Origin: Gemmatimonadota bacterium
GTDB taxonomy: Bacteria; Gemmatimonadota; Gemmatimonadetes; Gemmatimonadales; Gemmatimonadaceae
Length of the DNA: 64,000 bases
NCBI GenBank assembly: GCA_031127085.1
Contig: JARIEY010000001.1
Span: forward strand, 30,175 to 94,174
Direction: 5' to 3'
Each line of letters begins with the position of its first letter. The stretch's first letter is position 1. Both the position numbers and the translations under genes were made by a program. The notes beneath the pieces were generated by a model, which was not told the DNA's origin, did not search any database, and saw nothing but the letters and a program-made list of their open reading frames with translations. This document shows positions 19,118 through 27,946 of this stretch, piece by piece.

Positions 19118-20839
19118 TTATGGAAGCAGGCGAGCCGGCGCGGCCGGGGCCTTTGTGAGTGTGCAGACCGGGACGCCGCCCCCCAGGGCGGCGGGCCGGG
19201 CGATCGCAGCGTCGTACAGGTTCCACGTGCCGAACCCGTCATCGCTGTTGGGGTCGAGCAGCAACTGCGCCAGCACGCCGAGCGGCTGGCGTGCGGTCAC
19301 GACGAGCGCTCCAGCCGGCACTTCGGCCGGCCCAAGCACCCACCGCCCCTCAAAGCGCGTCTCACGATGCCCCTGGAACGCGCGCGTCGACGCGACCGTG
19401 GAGTCGGCGGCGAAACACTGGACGCCGTCGACCATCGACGCCGCCGTGGTGCGCACCACGCGTACGCCGTGCAGACGCAGCATCGCACCAATGGTGTCGG
19501 CCGCCGCAGGAGCAATCACCCATCCCCAGGGGACCGGAGCCGCGCGCGTGACGTCAAAACGGTCGCGCACCGGCATCTTGGTGGTGACGAACGTGCCGCT
19601 GCGCCGGAAGCCGCGGCGCACGCCGGGTTCCGTGGGGGGCGCATCGGACTTTTCGATCGGCTCCTCGATGACGGGCAGCAGCGAGGGCGTCTTCGTGAGG
19701 ACGGCGCGCACGGGCACGTCGGCCACCTTGCCGGCAGCGAGGGCCGCGTCCGATCCGCGCGTCAGCGCGAGCACGGCGCGCGACCGCTCCGCCGTGAGCG
19801 AGAGCAGTTCGGTGACAAACGCATACGTCGACTTCACCCGCCGCTCGAACGGGTCGTGCGAGTACGCCTCGCTCAGGAACGCCAGGCGGCCGCGCAGCGC
19901 GTAGTAGTTCACGCCGTAGCGCGCGCGATGATCATAGGTGGACCAGGCTTTCGCTTCGCCGGGCGCGGCCGGGCCTTCGTCGCCCGTGAAGTTGCCATAG
20001 TCGAAGGTCTCGAACCGGTGCCGCGCGCGAACGCGCGCACGCAACACCGGCAGCATCGAATCGCGCGCGTAGGCGCCGCCAAACGGTCCGCCGCGAATGC
20101 CGGCTGCCGGATGCAGCGACGGCGCATAGGTCAGCGCGTAGCCGTGATAGCTGCCGTCGGTCGTATGCAGGTCGACGAAAACATCAGGATCCCACGTGTT
20201 GAACATCTGCAGCGAGGCGCGCGTCTCGGCCGCCTCCGCCTTCACGTAATCGCGGTTGAGGTCGAGCATCTTCGCGTTGGGGCGCTGCCCGACCATTTCC
20301 GGGCCGTTCTGCGCGCCGCGCTGCTGCGCCTGCGGCTTGAACACTTCGTTGCCGTCGGCGTTGTAGATGGGGACCGCAATGAGCACGATGGAGTCGAGCA
20401 CATTCTTGCGCGGCGACAGCACCAGGTCACGCAGCAGGGCCTGCAGCGCCTCTTTGCCCTCGACTTCGCCGGCGTGAATGTTGCCCTGCACGTAGACGAT
20501 GGGACGGCCCAGCCGCTTGGCTTCGGCGGGCGAATGCACGAGCGGCCGCGACGCGATGACGAACGGGAGGTCGCGCCCCTGCGTGGTCTGGCCAATGCTC
20601 CCCACAACGACCAGCGCGCCCTTCGCCTGCAGCGAGTCGATGAACGCAACGACGTCGGCGTACGTGGACGTTTCCGTGTACTTGCTGCGTTCGGCCCGCG
20701 TGGTCTGCGATGACAGCTGGCTGACGGCGGATGTCAGAAGGAACGGCACAGCGGCGAGCAATCGCACGATCCTGGCTCGCCGCAATGACCCCGCGGCCAC
20801 CGTCCGCCATCCGCCACCCGCTATCCGCCATCCCATCAT
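19118..20839 (-). CDS. M14-family zinc carboxypeptidase, secreted
   Basis: GNIHAGEVEGKEA carries the HxxE zinc ligands. The start is uncertain. ATG 20839 (ATGA overlap with the upstream stop) reads through a CCGCCAT heptamer array. TTG 20785 or GTG 20767 gives a cleaner signal peptide (RRARIVRLLAAVPFLLTSAVS). Confidence 0.75.
   Translation of the reverse strand: MMGWRIAGGGWRTVAAGSLRRARIVRLLAAVPFLLTSAVSQLSSQTTRAERSKYTETSTYADVVAFIDSLQAKGALVVVGSIGQTTQGRDLPFVIASRPLVHSPAEAKRLGRPIVYVQGNIHAGEVEGKEALQALLRDLVLSPRKNVLDSIVLIAVPIYNADGNEVFKPQAQQRGAQNGPEMVGQRPNAKMLDLNRDYVKAEAAETRASLQMFNTWDPDVFVDLHTTDGSYHGYALTYAPSLHPAAGIRGGPFGGAYARDSMLPVLRARVRARHRFETFDYGNFTGDEGPAAPGEAKAWSTYDHRARYGVNYYALRGRLAFLSEAYSHDPFERRVKSTYAFVTELLSLTAERSRAVLALTRGSDAALAAGKVADVPVRAVLTKTPSLLPVIEEPIEKSDAPPTEPGVRRGFRRSGTFVTTKMPVRDRFDVTRAAPVPWGWVIAPAAADTIGAMLRLHGVRVVRTTAASMVDGVQCFAADSTVASTRAFQGHRETRFEGRWVLGPAEVPAGALVVTARQPLGVLAQLLLDPNSDDGFGTWNLYDAAIARPAALGGGVPVCTLTKAPAAPARLLP
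20804..20838. repeat. tandem heptamer array (CCGCCAT-type, 5 units)
   Basis: In-phase units: ccgccat ccgccac ccgctat ccgccat cccatca. The unit and orientation match the right arm of the array at 40207-40284. Confidence 0.8.
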
Positions 20840-22983
20840 ACCGGCTTCCCCGTGGTCGGATAGAACGTCTTATTCGACTGGGCCATATCGCGCAGCAACT
20901 TGGCCGGCTCGAACCGCCCCGGATGCTTCGCGTTCAGCGCCTCGAGGCGCCGCACGAGCTCGGCGGCGCCTATCGTATCGACTACGCGCAACGGGCCGCC
21001 GCGGAAGGGCGGGAATCCGATGCCAAAGACGGCACCGATGTCGCCATCGCGCGGCGCGCGCAGAATGCCCTCTTCCACGCAGCGCACGGCTTCGTTCACC
21101 ATCGCGAGCGACAGGCGTTCCTGAATCTCCGCGGTGTTCCCCGCGACGCGTGTGGTCCCCGTGGGCATCAGCGCGTACACCGACTCGTCCACGCCGCCCT
21201 TCTTGCCCTTCTCGTCGTAGAGGTAGAAGCCCCTCTTCCCCTTCCGTCCCAGTCGACCGGCGGCGAGCACCTTGCCGAGCGTCGCCGATGGCTGGAGCCG
21301 GTCGCCGAACGCCGCCGCCATCACGCCGCCACTCTTCCCCGCCACATCGAGCCCCACTTCGTCGAGCAGCGTCACGGGACCGACCGGGAAACCGTAGTCG
21401 AGCATCGCCGTGTCAATCGCTTCGATGCGCACGCCCTCATCGAGCAGCGTGCCGGCCTCGTTGATGTACGGCGCGAGAATGCGGTTCACATAAAAGCCGG
21501 GCGCGTCGTTCACGACGATCACCGTCTTGCCGAGCTTCCGCCCAAAGGCCACCGTCGTTGCCACCACGTCGGGCGCCGTCTGCGGCGTGACAATCACTTC
21601 GAGCAACGGCATCTTGTGCACGGGGGAGAAGAAGTGCATCCCCACCACGCGCGATGCGTCGCGCGATGCCGCCGCCACTTTGTGAATCGGAATCGTGCTC
21701 GTGTTGGTCGCGAAGATCGCACCGGGCGGGAGCACCTCTTCGGCCTGCCGGAGCACGGCATGCTTGACGGCGAGATCCTCAAAGACGGCCTCAATTAGTA
21801 ACGGAATGTTACTAAAGCCGGTGTAGTCCACCGTGCCACTGACGAGCGACAACTGGTCCTCGAACTGCTGGCGCGTCACCTGCTTCTTGCTCAGCCGGTC
21901 CTTGAGGACGTCGCGCACGGCCAGAAGCCCCTTTCCCACGGCGGCGTGCGTCGTGTCCTTGAATCGCACCGACACACCCTGCATCGCACTCACCGCGGCG
22001 ATGCCCGCCCCCATGAAGCCGGTGCCCAGGATGCCAATGCGTCCAATCTTCGCCGGCACCACATCGGCGGCCACGCCCGCGTCCTTCTTGAGCGCCGTCG
22101 TCGCGTAGAACAGGAAGATCAGCTGCTTGCTGACTGCGGTGAACGCCATCTCACCGAAGAGTCTGGCCTCGACCGCAAAACCGTCGGCGACACTGCCGTG
22201 AAAGCCGGCGCCCACCGCCTCGAGCGCCGCGAGCAGCGCCGGGTAATGGCCGCGCGACTTCTTGAGCGTCATCTCGCGCGCCTGCCGGAAGACCACGGCG
22301 CGCCCCACGGGATTGTTTTCGAGCAGCGCGCCCTTGGCATCGGACTTCCGCTCGCGCGTGCGGGCGAGCGCGCCCGTGCCCAACTCGCGCGCGCGCCGCA
22401 CCGCCACCTCGCGCAGAATGCTCGGGTGCACCATCTCATCAACCAGGCCGGACTGCAGCGCCTTGCGGGCGCGCACGTTCTTGCCGGTCAGGATCATATC
22501 GAGCGCCACCTGCAGCCCCACCGTGCGCGGCAGACGCTGTGTGCCACCGGCGCCGGGAATGAGCCCGAGCTGCACTTCGGGAAGCGCGAGCATCGTCTTG
22601 GGCGAGTCGCCGGCAATGCGGTACGCGCAGGCCAGCGACGCCTCGAGTCCGCCGCCCAGACAGGCGCCGTTGATGGCCGCCACCCACGGCACGCGTCCGT
22701 GCTCCAGCCGGTCCATCAGCCGGTGCCCCTCGGCGCTCTGCGCCGCGGCGTCGGCCGCCGACGTGAACTCGAGAAACTGGTCGATGTCGGCGCCCGCAAT
22801 GAAGGTGTCGGGCTTGCCGCTGATCAGCACCGCCCCCACCACCGACGAATCGCGCTCCAACCGATCGAAGACCGCCACGAAATCGGCGATCACGGCCTTG
22901 GAGAACTTGTTCACCGGCTCGCCCGGCAGATCGAACGTGACGACGGCCACGCCGTCGGCAATCGCTACGGAAAGTGCGCTCAT
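20836..22983 (-). CDS. fatty-acid oxidation multifunctional enzyme (enoyl-CoA hydratase / 3-hydroxyacyl-CoA dehydrogenase, FadB/FadJ type)
   Basis: N-terminal crotonase fold, GILGTGFMGAGIA Rossmann motif, and 3-hydroxyacyl-CoA dehydrogenase C-terminal domains. Trimmed to ATG 22983 (MSALSVAIADG); track start 23031 is possible. Confidence 0.9.
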   Translation of the reverse strand: MSALSVAIADGVAVVTFDLPGEPVNKFSKAVIADFVAVFDRLERDSSVVGAVLISGKPDTFIAGADIDQFLEFTSAADAAAQSAEGHRLMDRLEHGRVPWVAAINGACLGGGLEASLACAYRIAGDSPKTMLALPEVQLGLIPGAGGTQRLPRTVGLQVALDMILTGKNVRARKALQSGLVDEMVHPSILREVAVRRARELGTGALARTRERKSDAKGALLENNPVGRAVVFRQAREMTLKKSRGHYPALLAALEAVGAGFHGSVADGFAVEARLFGEMAFTAVSKQLIFLFYATTALKKDAGVAADVVPAKIGRIGILGTGFMGAGIAAVSAMQGVSVRFKDTTHAAVGKGLLAVRDVLKDRLSKKQVTRQQFEDQLSLVSGTVDYTGFSNIPLLIEAVFEDLAVKHAVLRQAEEVLPPGAIFATNTSTIPIHKVAAASRDASRVVGMHFFSPVHKMPLLEVIVTPQTAPDVVATTVAFGRKLGKTVIVVNDAPGFYVNRILAPYINEAGTLLDEGVRIEAIDTAMLDYGFPVGPVTLLDEVGLDVAGKSGGVMAAAFGDRLQPSATLGKVLAAGRLGRKGKRGFYLYDEKGKKGGVDESVYALMPTGTTRVAGNTAEIQERLSLAMVNEAVRCVEEGILRAPRDGDIGAVFGIGFPPFRGGPLRVVDTIGAAELVRRLEALNAKHPGRFEPAKLLRDMAQSNKTFYPTTGKPV
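21795..21815. repeat. AT-rich perfect palindrome TTAGTAAC-GGAAT-GTTACTAA inside the coding sequence
   Basis: I read this directly from the sequence. The 8-nt arms are exact reverse complements with a 5-nt spacer. On the minus strand it encodes F-S-N-I-P-L-L-I using the rare codons agt, att, tta, cta and att. Confidence 0.85.
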
Positions 22984-23034
22984 AATCCCACGCTCATGGC
23001 GTTCCCTGTTCCCTTCCCCTGCCCTGTGCATGGC

Positions 23035-24330
23035 CTATGCACGTTCAATCACCATGCTGAACCCCATGCCGCCCGCCGCGCACACCGTCATCAGCCCAAA
23101 CTGGCCACCGCGGCGCGCGAGTTCGTGCGCCAGAGTCGTCGTGATGCGCGCGCCGGTCGCCCCAAACGGATGGCCAATCGAGATCGATCCGCCCATCACA
23201 TTCAGCTTGCTGCGATCCACCGCGCCGAGTGGCGCGCTGAGTCCGGCGCGCTCCGCCCAGTGCTTGGACTCGAAGCCGCGCAGATTGCTGAGCACCTGCG
23301 CCGCGAACGCCTCGTGCATTTCCACGAGATCGATGTCCGTGAGCGTCAGCCCGGCACGCCGCAGGGCGAGCGGCGCGGCGAGTACCGGCGCCTGTAGCAG
23401 CTGTTCGCCCGGATCGAGCGCGGCGTAGGCATACGCCTTGATGTACGCGAGCGGCGTGTAGCCCAGCGCCTTGGCGCGCTCCTCGCTCATCAGGAGCACG
23501 GCACCGCCGCCATCCGTGAGCGGCGACGCGTTCCCCGCCGTCACCGTACCGTAGCGCTTGTCGAAGACCGGACGGAGGGCGGCCAGCGCCTCCAGCGAGG
23601 TGTCGGCACGAATGCCGTTGTCCTCCGTCATCACCTGCTCGAAACGGGGCGGAACAAACACGGGCGCCAACTCCGCGGTCAGGCGCCCGTCCTTGGTTCC
23701 GGCGGCGGCGTTCAGGTGCGAAGCAAGCGCCAGCGCATCCTGCTCGTCCCGCGTCACCCCGTTCAGCTTGGCCATCTTCTCGGCCGACTGGCCCATCGAT
23801 TCGCCCGTCGTGGGCTCGGCGATGGCCGGCGTGATGGGAATGAAGTCCTTGGGCCGGATCCTCGTCAGCGCCTGAACGCGGCCACCGAGCGTCTTGGCCT
23901 TGCTCGCGGCGACCAGTGCGTCGCTGAAGCCGCGCGAGTGCAAGATGGGGACATTGCTCAGCGACTCCGCCCCGCCGGCAATGGCGACGTCGGCGTGCCC
24001 GAGCGCAATCTGGTCCGCCGCATCGGTGATCGCCTGATTGGCCGATGCGCAGGCCCGGCTCACGCTCCACGCTTGCACCGACTTGGGGAGCAGCGGCATC
24101 AGCGCGATCTCACGCGCGATGTTGGGCGCAAGCACCGAGGGAATGACCGTGCCGAACACGAGCAGTTCGACGCTGGCCGGATCGAGATTGGTCCGCTGGA
24201 TCAGCTCGCCGACCGCGATCTTGCCGAGGTCGATGGCGCTGAGAGACTTGAGTGTCGAACCGGCACGCGCGAACGGGGTGCGGACTCCCTCGATGATCGC
24301 GACGCGGCGGCCGTTTCCGAAGCTGGCCAT
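23035..24330 (-). CDS. acetyl-CoA C-acyltransferase (thiolase, FadA/FadI type)
   Basis: 431 aa. It has the active-site Cys context VSRACASANQA and the C-terminal GHPFGATGARI ... CAAGGMG. It lies directly upstream of the multifunctional enzyme gene. Confidence 0.9.
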   Translation of the reverse strand: MASFGNGRRVAIIEGVRTPFARAGSTLKSLSAIDLGKIAVGELIQRTNLDPASVELLVFGTVIPSVLAPNIAREIALMPLLPKSVQAWSVSRACASANQAITDAADQIALGHADVAIAGGAESLSNVPILHSRGFSDALVAASKAKTLGGRVQALTRIRPKDFIPITPAIAEPTTGESMGQSAEKMAKLNGVTRDEQDALALASHLNAAAGTKDGRLTAELAPVFVPPRFEQVMTEDNGIRADTSLEALAALRPVFDKRYGTVTAGNASPLTDGGGAVLLMSEERAKALGYTPLAYIKAYAYAALDPGEQLLQAPVLAAPLALRRAGLTLTDIDLVEMHEAFAAQVLSNLRGFESKHWAERAGLSAPLGAVDRSKLNVMGGSISIGHPFGATGARITTTLAHELARRGGQFGLMTVCAAGGMGFSMVIERA

Positions 24331-24429
24331 AGACTTAGAAACCTAGGCGGCGCATCCCGTAACGGCTATGACCGCCAGCCTGTCGGGCCGGCGCCCCGCG
24401 CGGTAAACTCGGAATCCCAACCGACTCCC

Positions 24430-26061
24430 GTGACGCCGACCCCCTCCCTTACGCGCACCGCGCAGATCGTCCGACTTGGCCAGCGTCGCTTTGACGTGCT
24501 GGTGATCGGCGGGGGAATCACGGGCGCCGGCATTGCGCGCGATGCCGCCCGGCGCGGACTCGACGCCGCACTCGTGGAGCGCGACGACTTCGCGAGCGGC
24601 ACCTCGAGCCGCTCGTCGCGGCTCGTGCACGGCGGCGTGCGCTACCTGGAACACGGGCACCTGCGTCTCGTCTTCGAGTCAAGCCACGAGCGGCGCGTGC
24701 TGCTGCGCCTCGCGCCGCATCTGGTGCGCCCAATGGCCTTCACCTGGCCCGTCTACGAGGGGGCGCGCGTTCCCCGATGGAAGCTGCGTGCCGGCCTGGC
24801 GCTCTACGATCTGCTGGCGCTCTTCCGCAACGTGGCCCCGCACCGCGGGCTGAGCGCCGCCGGCATTGCGGAGGCCGAGCCGAGCCTCGCACGCCACGCG
24901 CTCGCGGGCGGCGCACAGTACTACGACGCCGCCACCGATGACGCCCGGCTCACCCTGGCGACCATCCTCGACGCCGCGGTGTCCGGTGCCACTGTACTGA
25001 ACCACGCACCGGTGACGGGGCTCAAGCTGGCGGATGGCCGGGTACGCGGCGCCACCGTCAGTGAGCGGCTGGGCGGACACGCACTCGACATCTCGGCGTC
25101 GTGCGTCGTCAACGCGACGGGCCCCTGGACCGACGGCGTGCGCCGGATGGAGGACCCCGGCGCCGCCCCGGCGGTGCTGGGGAGCAAGGGCGTGCACGTG
25201 GCCGTGCCTGCCGCGCGCGTGGGCAACCGTGGAGCCGTCACGCTGCTCGCCCCGGATGGACGCGTGATGTTTGTGCTGCCGGCGGGCCCGTGCACCATCA
25301 TCGGCACCACCGAGACCGAGACCGTGGAGTCGCCCGATGCGGTGCGCGCATCGCGGGCCGACGTCGACTACCTGCTGGCGTCGGCCAACCGTGCCTTTCC
25401 CGATGCCGCGCTGACCGCCGACGATGTCATCGCCGCCTGGGCGGGCATTCGACCGCTCGCCGCGCCGGCGCATTCGGGCGACGCCAACTCAGCATCGCGC
25501 GAGCATCTCGTCGCCACGGGCATTCGCGGGCTGATCACTGTGACCGGCGGCAAGTTGACGACCTATCGCGTGACCGCCCGCGATGTGGTGGACACGGTCT
25601 TCCGCGCGCTCGCCCGCCGCTCGCCGAGGGTGCGCACCGATCTCATTCCACTCGCCGGCGGTGATCTTCGCGATCTCGCCGCCGAAGTGGCCGCGGCGCG
25701 CGCTGCCACCGGCACCGACGACATTGCCGAATGGCTGGTGCGCGCGTACGGCGGTGCCTGGCACCACGTCTGGGCGCGCACCGAGGGCAACGCCGCGCTC
25801 GCGCAGCGTCTCGTGCGCGGACTGCCGTACGTTGCAGCCGAGGTGGCGCACGCCGTGGAGGCCGAGTTCGCCTGCACCATTGCCGATGTGCTGGTGCGCC
25901 GTTTGCACGTGGCCTTCGAGACGCGCGACCACGGGGCCGCAGTCGCACCCCGCGTGGCCGCACTGATGGCACCGCTCCTCGGGTGGACCGACCGCGGCAT
26001 CACGCTGGCGCTCGCCGAGTACGACGCTGAGATTCACCGACTCTTTGCCATCGATCCCTGA
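24430..26061 (+). CDS. glpD: FAD-dependent glycerol-3-phosphate dehydrogenase/oxidase
   Basis: Track ORF 23716..26061 overlaps the thiolase gene. I trimmed it to the first in-frame start after that gene, GTG 24430. Motifs: FDVLVIGGGITGAGIARDAARRG and GTSSRSSRLVHGGVRYLE. Confidence 0.8.
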   Translation: MTPTPSLTRTAQIVRLGQRRFDVLVIGGGITGAGIARDAARRGLDAALVERDDFASGTSSRSSRLVHGGVRYLEHGHLRLVFESSHERRVLLRLAPHLVRPMAFTWPVYEGARVPRWKLRAGLALYDLLALFRNVAPHRGLSAAGIAEAEPSLARHALAGGAQYYDAATDDARLTLATILDAAVSGATVLNHAPVTGLKLADGRVRGATVSERLGGHALDISASCVVNATGPWTDGVRRMEDPGAAPAVLGSKGVHVAVPAARVGNRGAVTLLAPDGRVMFVLPAGPCTIIGTTETETVESPDAVRASRADVDYLLASANRAFPDAALTADDVIAAWAGIRPLAAPAHSGDANSASREHLVATGIRGLITVTGGKLTTYRVTARDVVDTVFRALARRSPRVRTDLIPLAGGDLRDLAAEVAAARAATGTDDIAEWLVRAYGGAWHHVWARTEGNAALAQRLVRGLPYVAAEVAHAVEAEFACTIADVLVRRLHVAFETRDHGAAVAPRVAALMAPLLGWTDRGITLALAEYDAEIHRLFAIDP

Positions 26062-26094
26062 GCAGATCGCCCCCTCGCCGCTAGTGAGGATCTG

Positions 26095-27315
26095 ATGCCC
26101 GCCCGCCGGCTACTGACCATTCTCGTGCTTGCCGCCGCGTCGTGCGGCGAGCTCAAGCCGCCCATCGACGCGCCGGTGCGCGCCGACGACGAGGCCCCTG
26201 CCGCCGGCCCCGGCGCCTTGGTGCCGTTTCTCTCGGCCGCCGCCGATGGAACGGTCTGGATGAGTTGGATGGAACAGTCCCCCGATTCGGTGTGGATGCT
26301 GCGCGTGGCCCATCGCCCGGTGACGGGCGGGTGGAGCGCCCCTCGGCTTGTCGTGCGTGACAGCCTGCTGTTCGCCAACTGGGCCGACTTCCCATCGGTC
26401 GTGGTCGATGCACGTGGTCGTCTGGTGGCGCATTTCCTTCGGCGATCCGCCCCCGGCAAGTACTCCTACCACGCGTGGGTCACGACGAGCAGCGACAGTG
26501 GCGCCACCTGGAGCGCGCCGCAGCGGTTGCATTCCGACACCAGTGCGTCGGAACACGGTTTCGCGGCACTCGTCCCGCAGGGCGACGGGACGACCTTCGC
26601 CGCCTGGCTCGATGGACACGCGACCGGCAGTGAGCAGGGGGCGATGAGCCTCGGCTTCGGCGTCCTCGACTCCACGCTGCGCGTGCAGCGCGACACGATG
26701 CTCGATACGCGCACCTGCGATTGCTGTCAGGTGGCCGGCGCCCGCACGAGCGGCGGTGCCATTTTCGCGTATCGTGACCGATCCGAAGGCGAGGTGCGCG
26801 ACATCGCCGTTGTCCGCTACGAGGATGGGCGCTGGGTGCCGCCCGCCATCGTGCACGCCGATGGGTGGGTGACCAAGGCCTGCCCCGTGAACGGGCCCGC
26901 GCTCTCGGCACGCGACCGCGGCGTGGCGCTGGCGTGGTTCACAAACGCGGGGGACAGCCCCAAGGTGCAGCTCGTGTTCAGCGCCGATCGAGGCGCCACC
27001 TGGACCCCGCCAATTCGCGTGGACGACGGCGCGCCCATCGGCCGTGTGGACGTGGAGTACCTGCTCGACGGCCACGCGCTGGTGACGTGGATGGAACGGG
27101 CCGGAGTCGGTAGGGTGGAGATCCGCGCGCGACGCATTGCCCGCGACGGCGCGCGATCGACTGCCATTGTGGTCGGCACCACCAGCGACACGCGCCCGAG
27201 CGGCTTTCCGCGTCTTGTCTTCGCCAAGGAGCAGGGCGTGTACGTGGCGTGGCGCGAGATGACGTCGCCTACGACGCTGCGGCTCACTCGGCTACAGGTC
27301 CCGGGGAGCCGATAG
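26095..27315 (+). CDS. BNR/Asp-box repeat (sialidase-fold) lipoprotein, function unknown
   Basis: Lipoprotein-type signal LVLAAASC. Asp-box motifs SSDSGATW and SADRGATW. Confidence 0.65.
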   Translation: MPARRLLTILVLAAASCGELKPPIDAPVRADDEAPAAGPGALVPFLSAAADGTVWMSWMEQSPDSVWMLRVAHRPVTGGWSAPRLVVRDSLLFANWADFPSVVVDARGRLVAHFLRRSAPGKYSYHAWVTTSSDSGATWSAPQRLHSDTSASEHGFAALVPQGDGTTFAAWLDGHATGSEQGAMSLGFGVLDSTLRVQRDTMLDTRTCDCCQVAGARTSGGAIFAYRDRSEGEVRDIAVVRYEDGRWVPPAIVHADGWVTKACPVNGPALSARDRGVALAWFTNAGDSPKVQLVFSADRGATWTPPIRVDDGAPIGRVDVEYLLDGHALVTWMERAGVGRVEIRARRIARDGARSTAIVVGTTSDTRPSGFPRLVFAKEQGVYVAWREMTSPTTLRLTRLQVPGSR

Positions 27316-27325
27316 GCCCCCGCGC

Positions 27326-27793
27326 CTAGGTGTCGTGAATCGTCGTCAGCTCGACGATCTTCATCTTGCGCGTGCGCGCCGGCAGCTTGAGCAGCACCAG
27401 GTCGCCCACGGTCTTGCCGAGCAGTGAGCGCCCGATCGGCGACATCATCGTCACGTGCCCCTCGTCAAACTCGTCGGAGTCGCCGAAGACCAGATGGTAG
27501 GTCTCCTTCACCTTCGTCTCCTGGCAGACGACGACGACCTTGGACCCCAGCCCCACTTTGTCGTTGGGAATCTGGCTTTCGTCGATCGTCGAAAGCTTGG
27601 AGAGCCGTGAGGTCAGCTGGCCGAGGCGGGCCTGCACGAACTGCTGGCGTTCGAGCGCCGACTTGTACTCGCTGTTCTCCCGCAGGTCGCCCATCTCCAC
27701 GGCACGTCGGATCTCGGCCGGGAGCGTCACGTTGAGCTCGAAGCGGAGCTTCTCCGCTTCTGCGCCGAGCTTGGCTTTGAGGGCTTCAATCAT
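27326..27793 (-). CDS. greA: transcription elongation factor GreA
   Basis: Coiled-coil N-terminus, GDLRENSEYKSA, and a C-terminal domain with SPIGRSLLGKTVGD. I chose ATG 27793; GTG 27805 is possible. Confidence 0.9.
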   Translation of the reverse strand: MIEALKAKLGAEAEKLRFELNVTLPAEIRRAVEMGDLRENSEYKSALERQQFVQARLGQLTSRLSKLSTIDESQIPNDKVGLGSKVVVVCQETKVKETYHLVFGDSDEFDEGHVTMMSPIGRSLLGKTVGDLVLLKLPARTRKMKIVELTTIHDT

Positions 27794-27810
27794 GGGGGCC
27801 GCCACCGGGA

Positions 27811-27853
27811 AAAGACAAAAGGACGGCGCCCGGCCGTTGCGGGCCGGGCGCTG
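27811..27853 (-). terminator. intrinsic-terminator-like hairpin in the greA leader
   Basis: The minus-strand RNA reads GCGCCCGGCC-CGCAAC-GGCCGGGCGC (10-bp perfect stem, extendable to 12), followed by CGUCCUUUUGUCUUUUCCC. It ends about 18 nt before ATG 27793. No co-oriented gene lies upstream that it could be terminating. Confidence 0.55.
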
Positions 27854-27946
27854 GATGCGTGCGTAATCGCTCTGGGTGAACAGTACGCGTATTCGGGGCG
27901 CGAATCAATCGGGGCCGCCCCCGGCAGCGCCGTTAGATTTCCGTCG

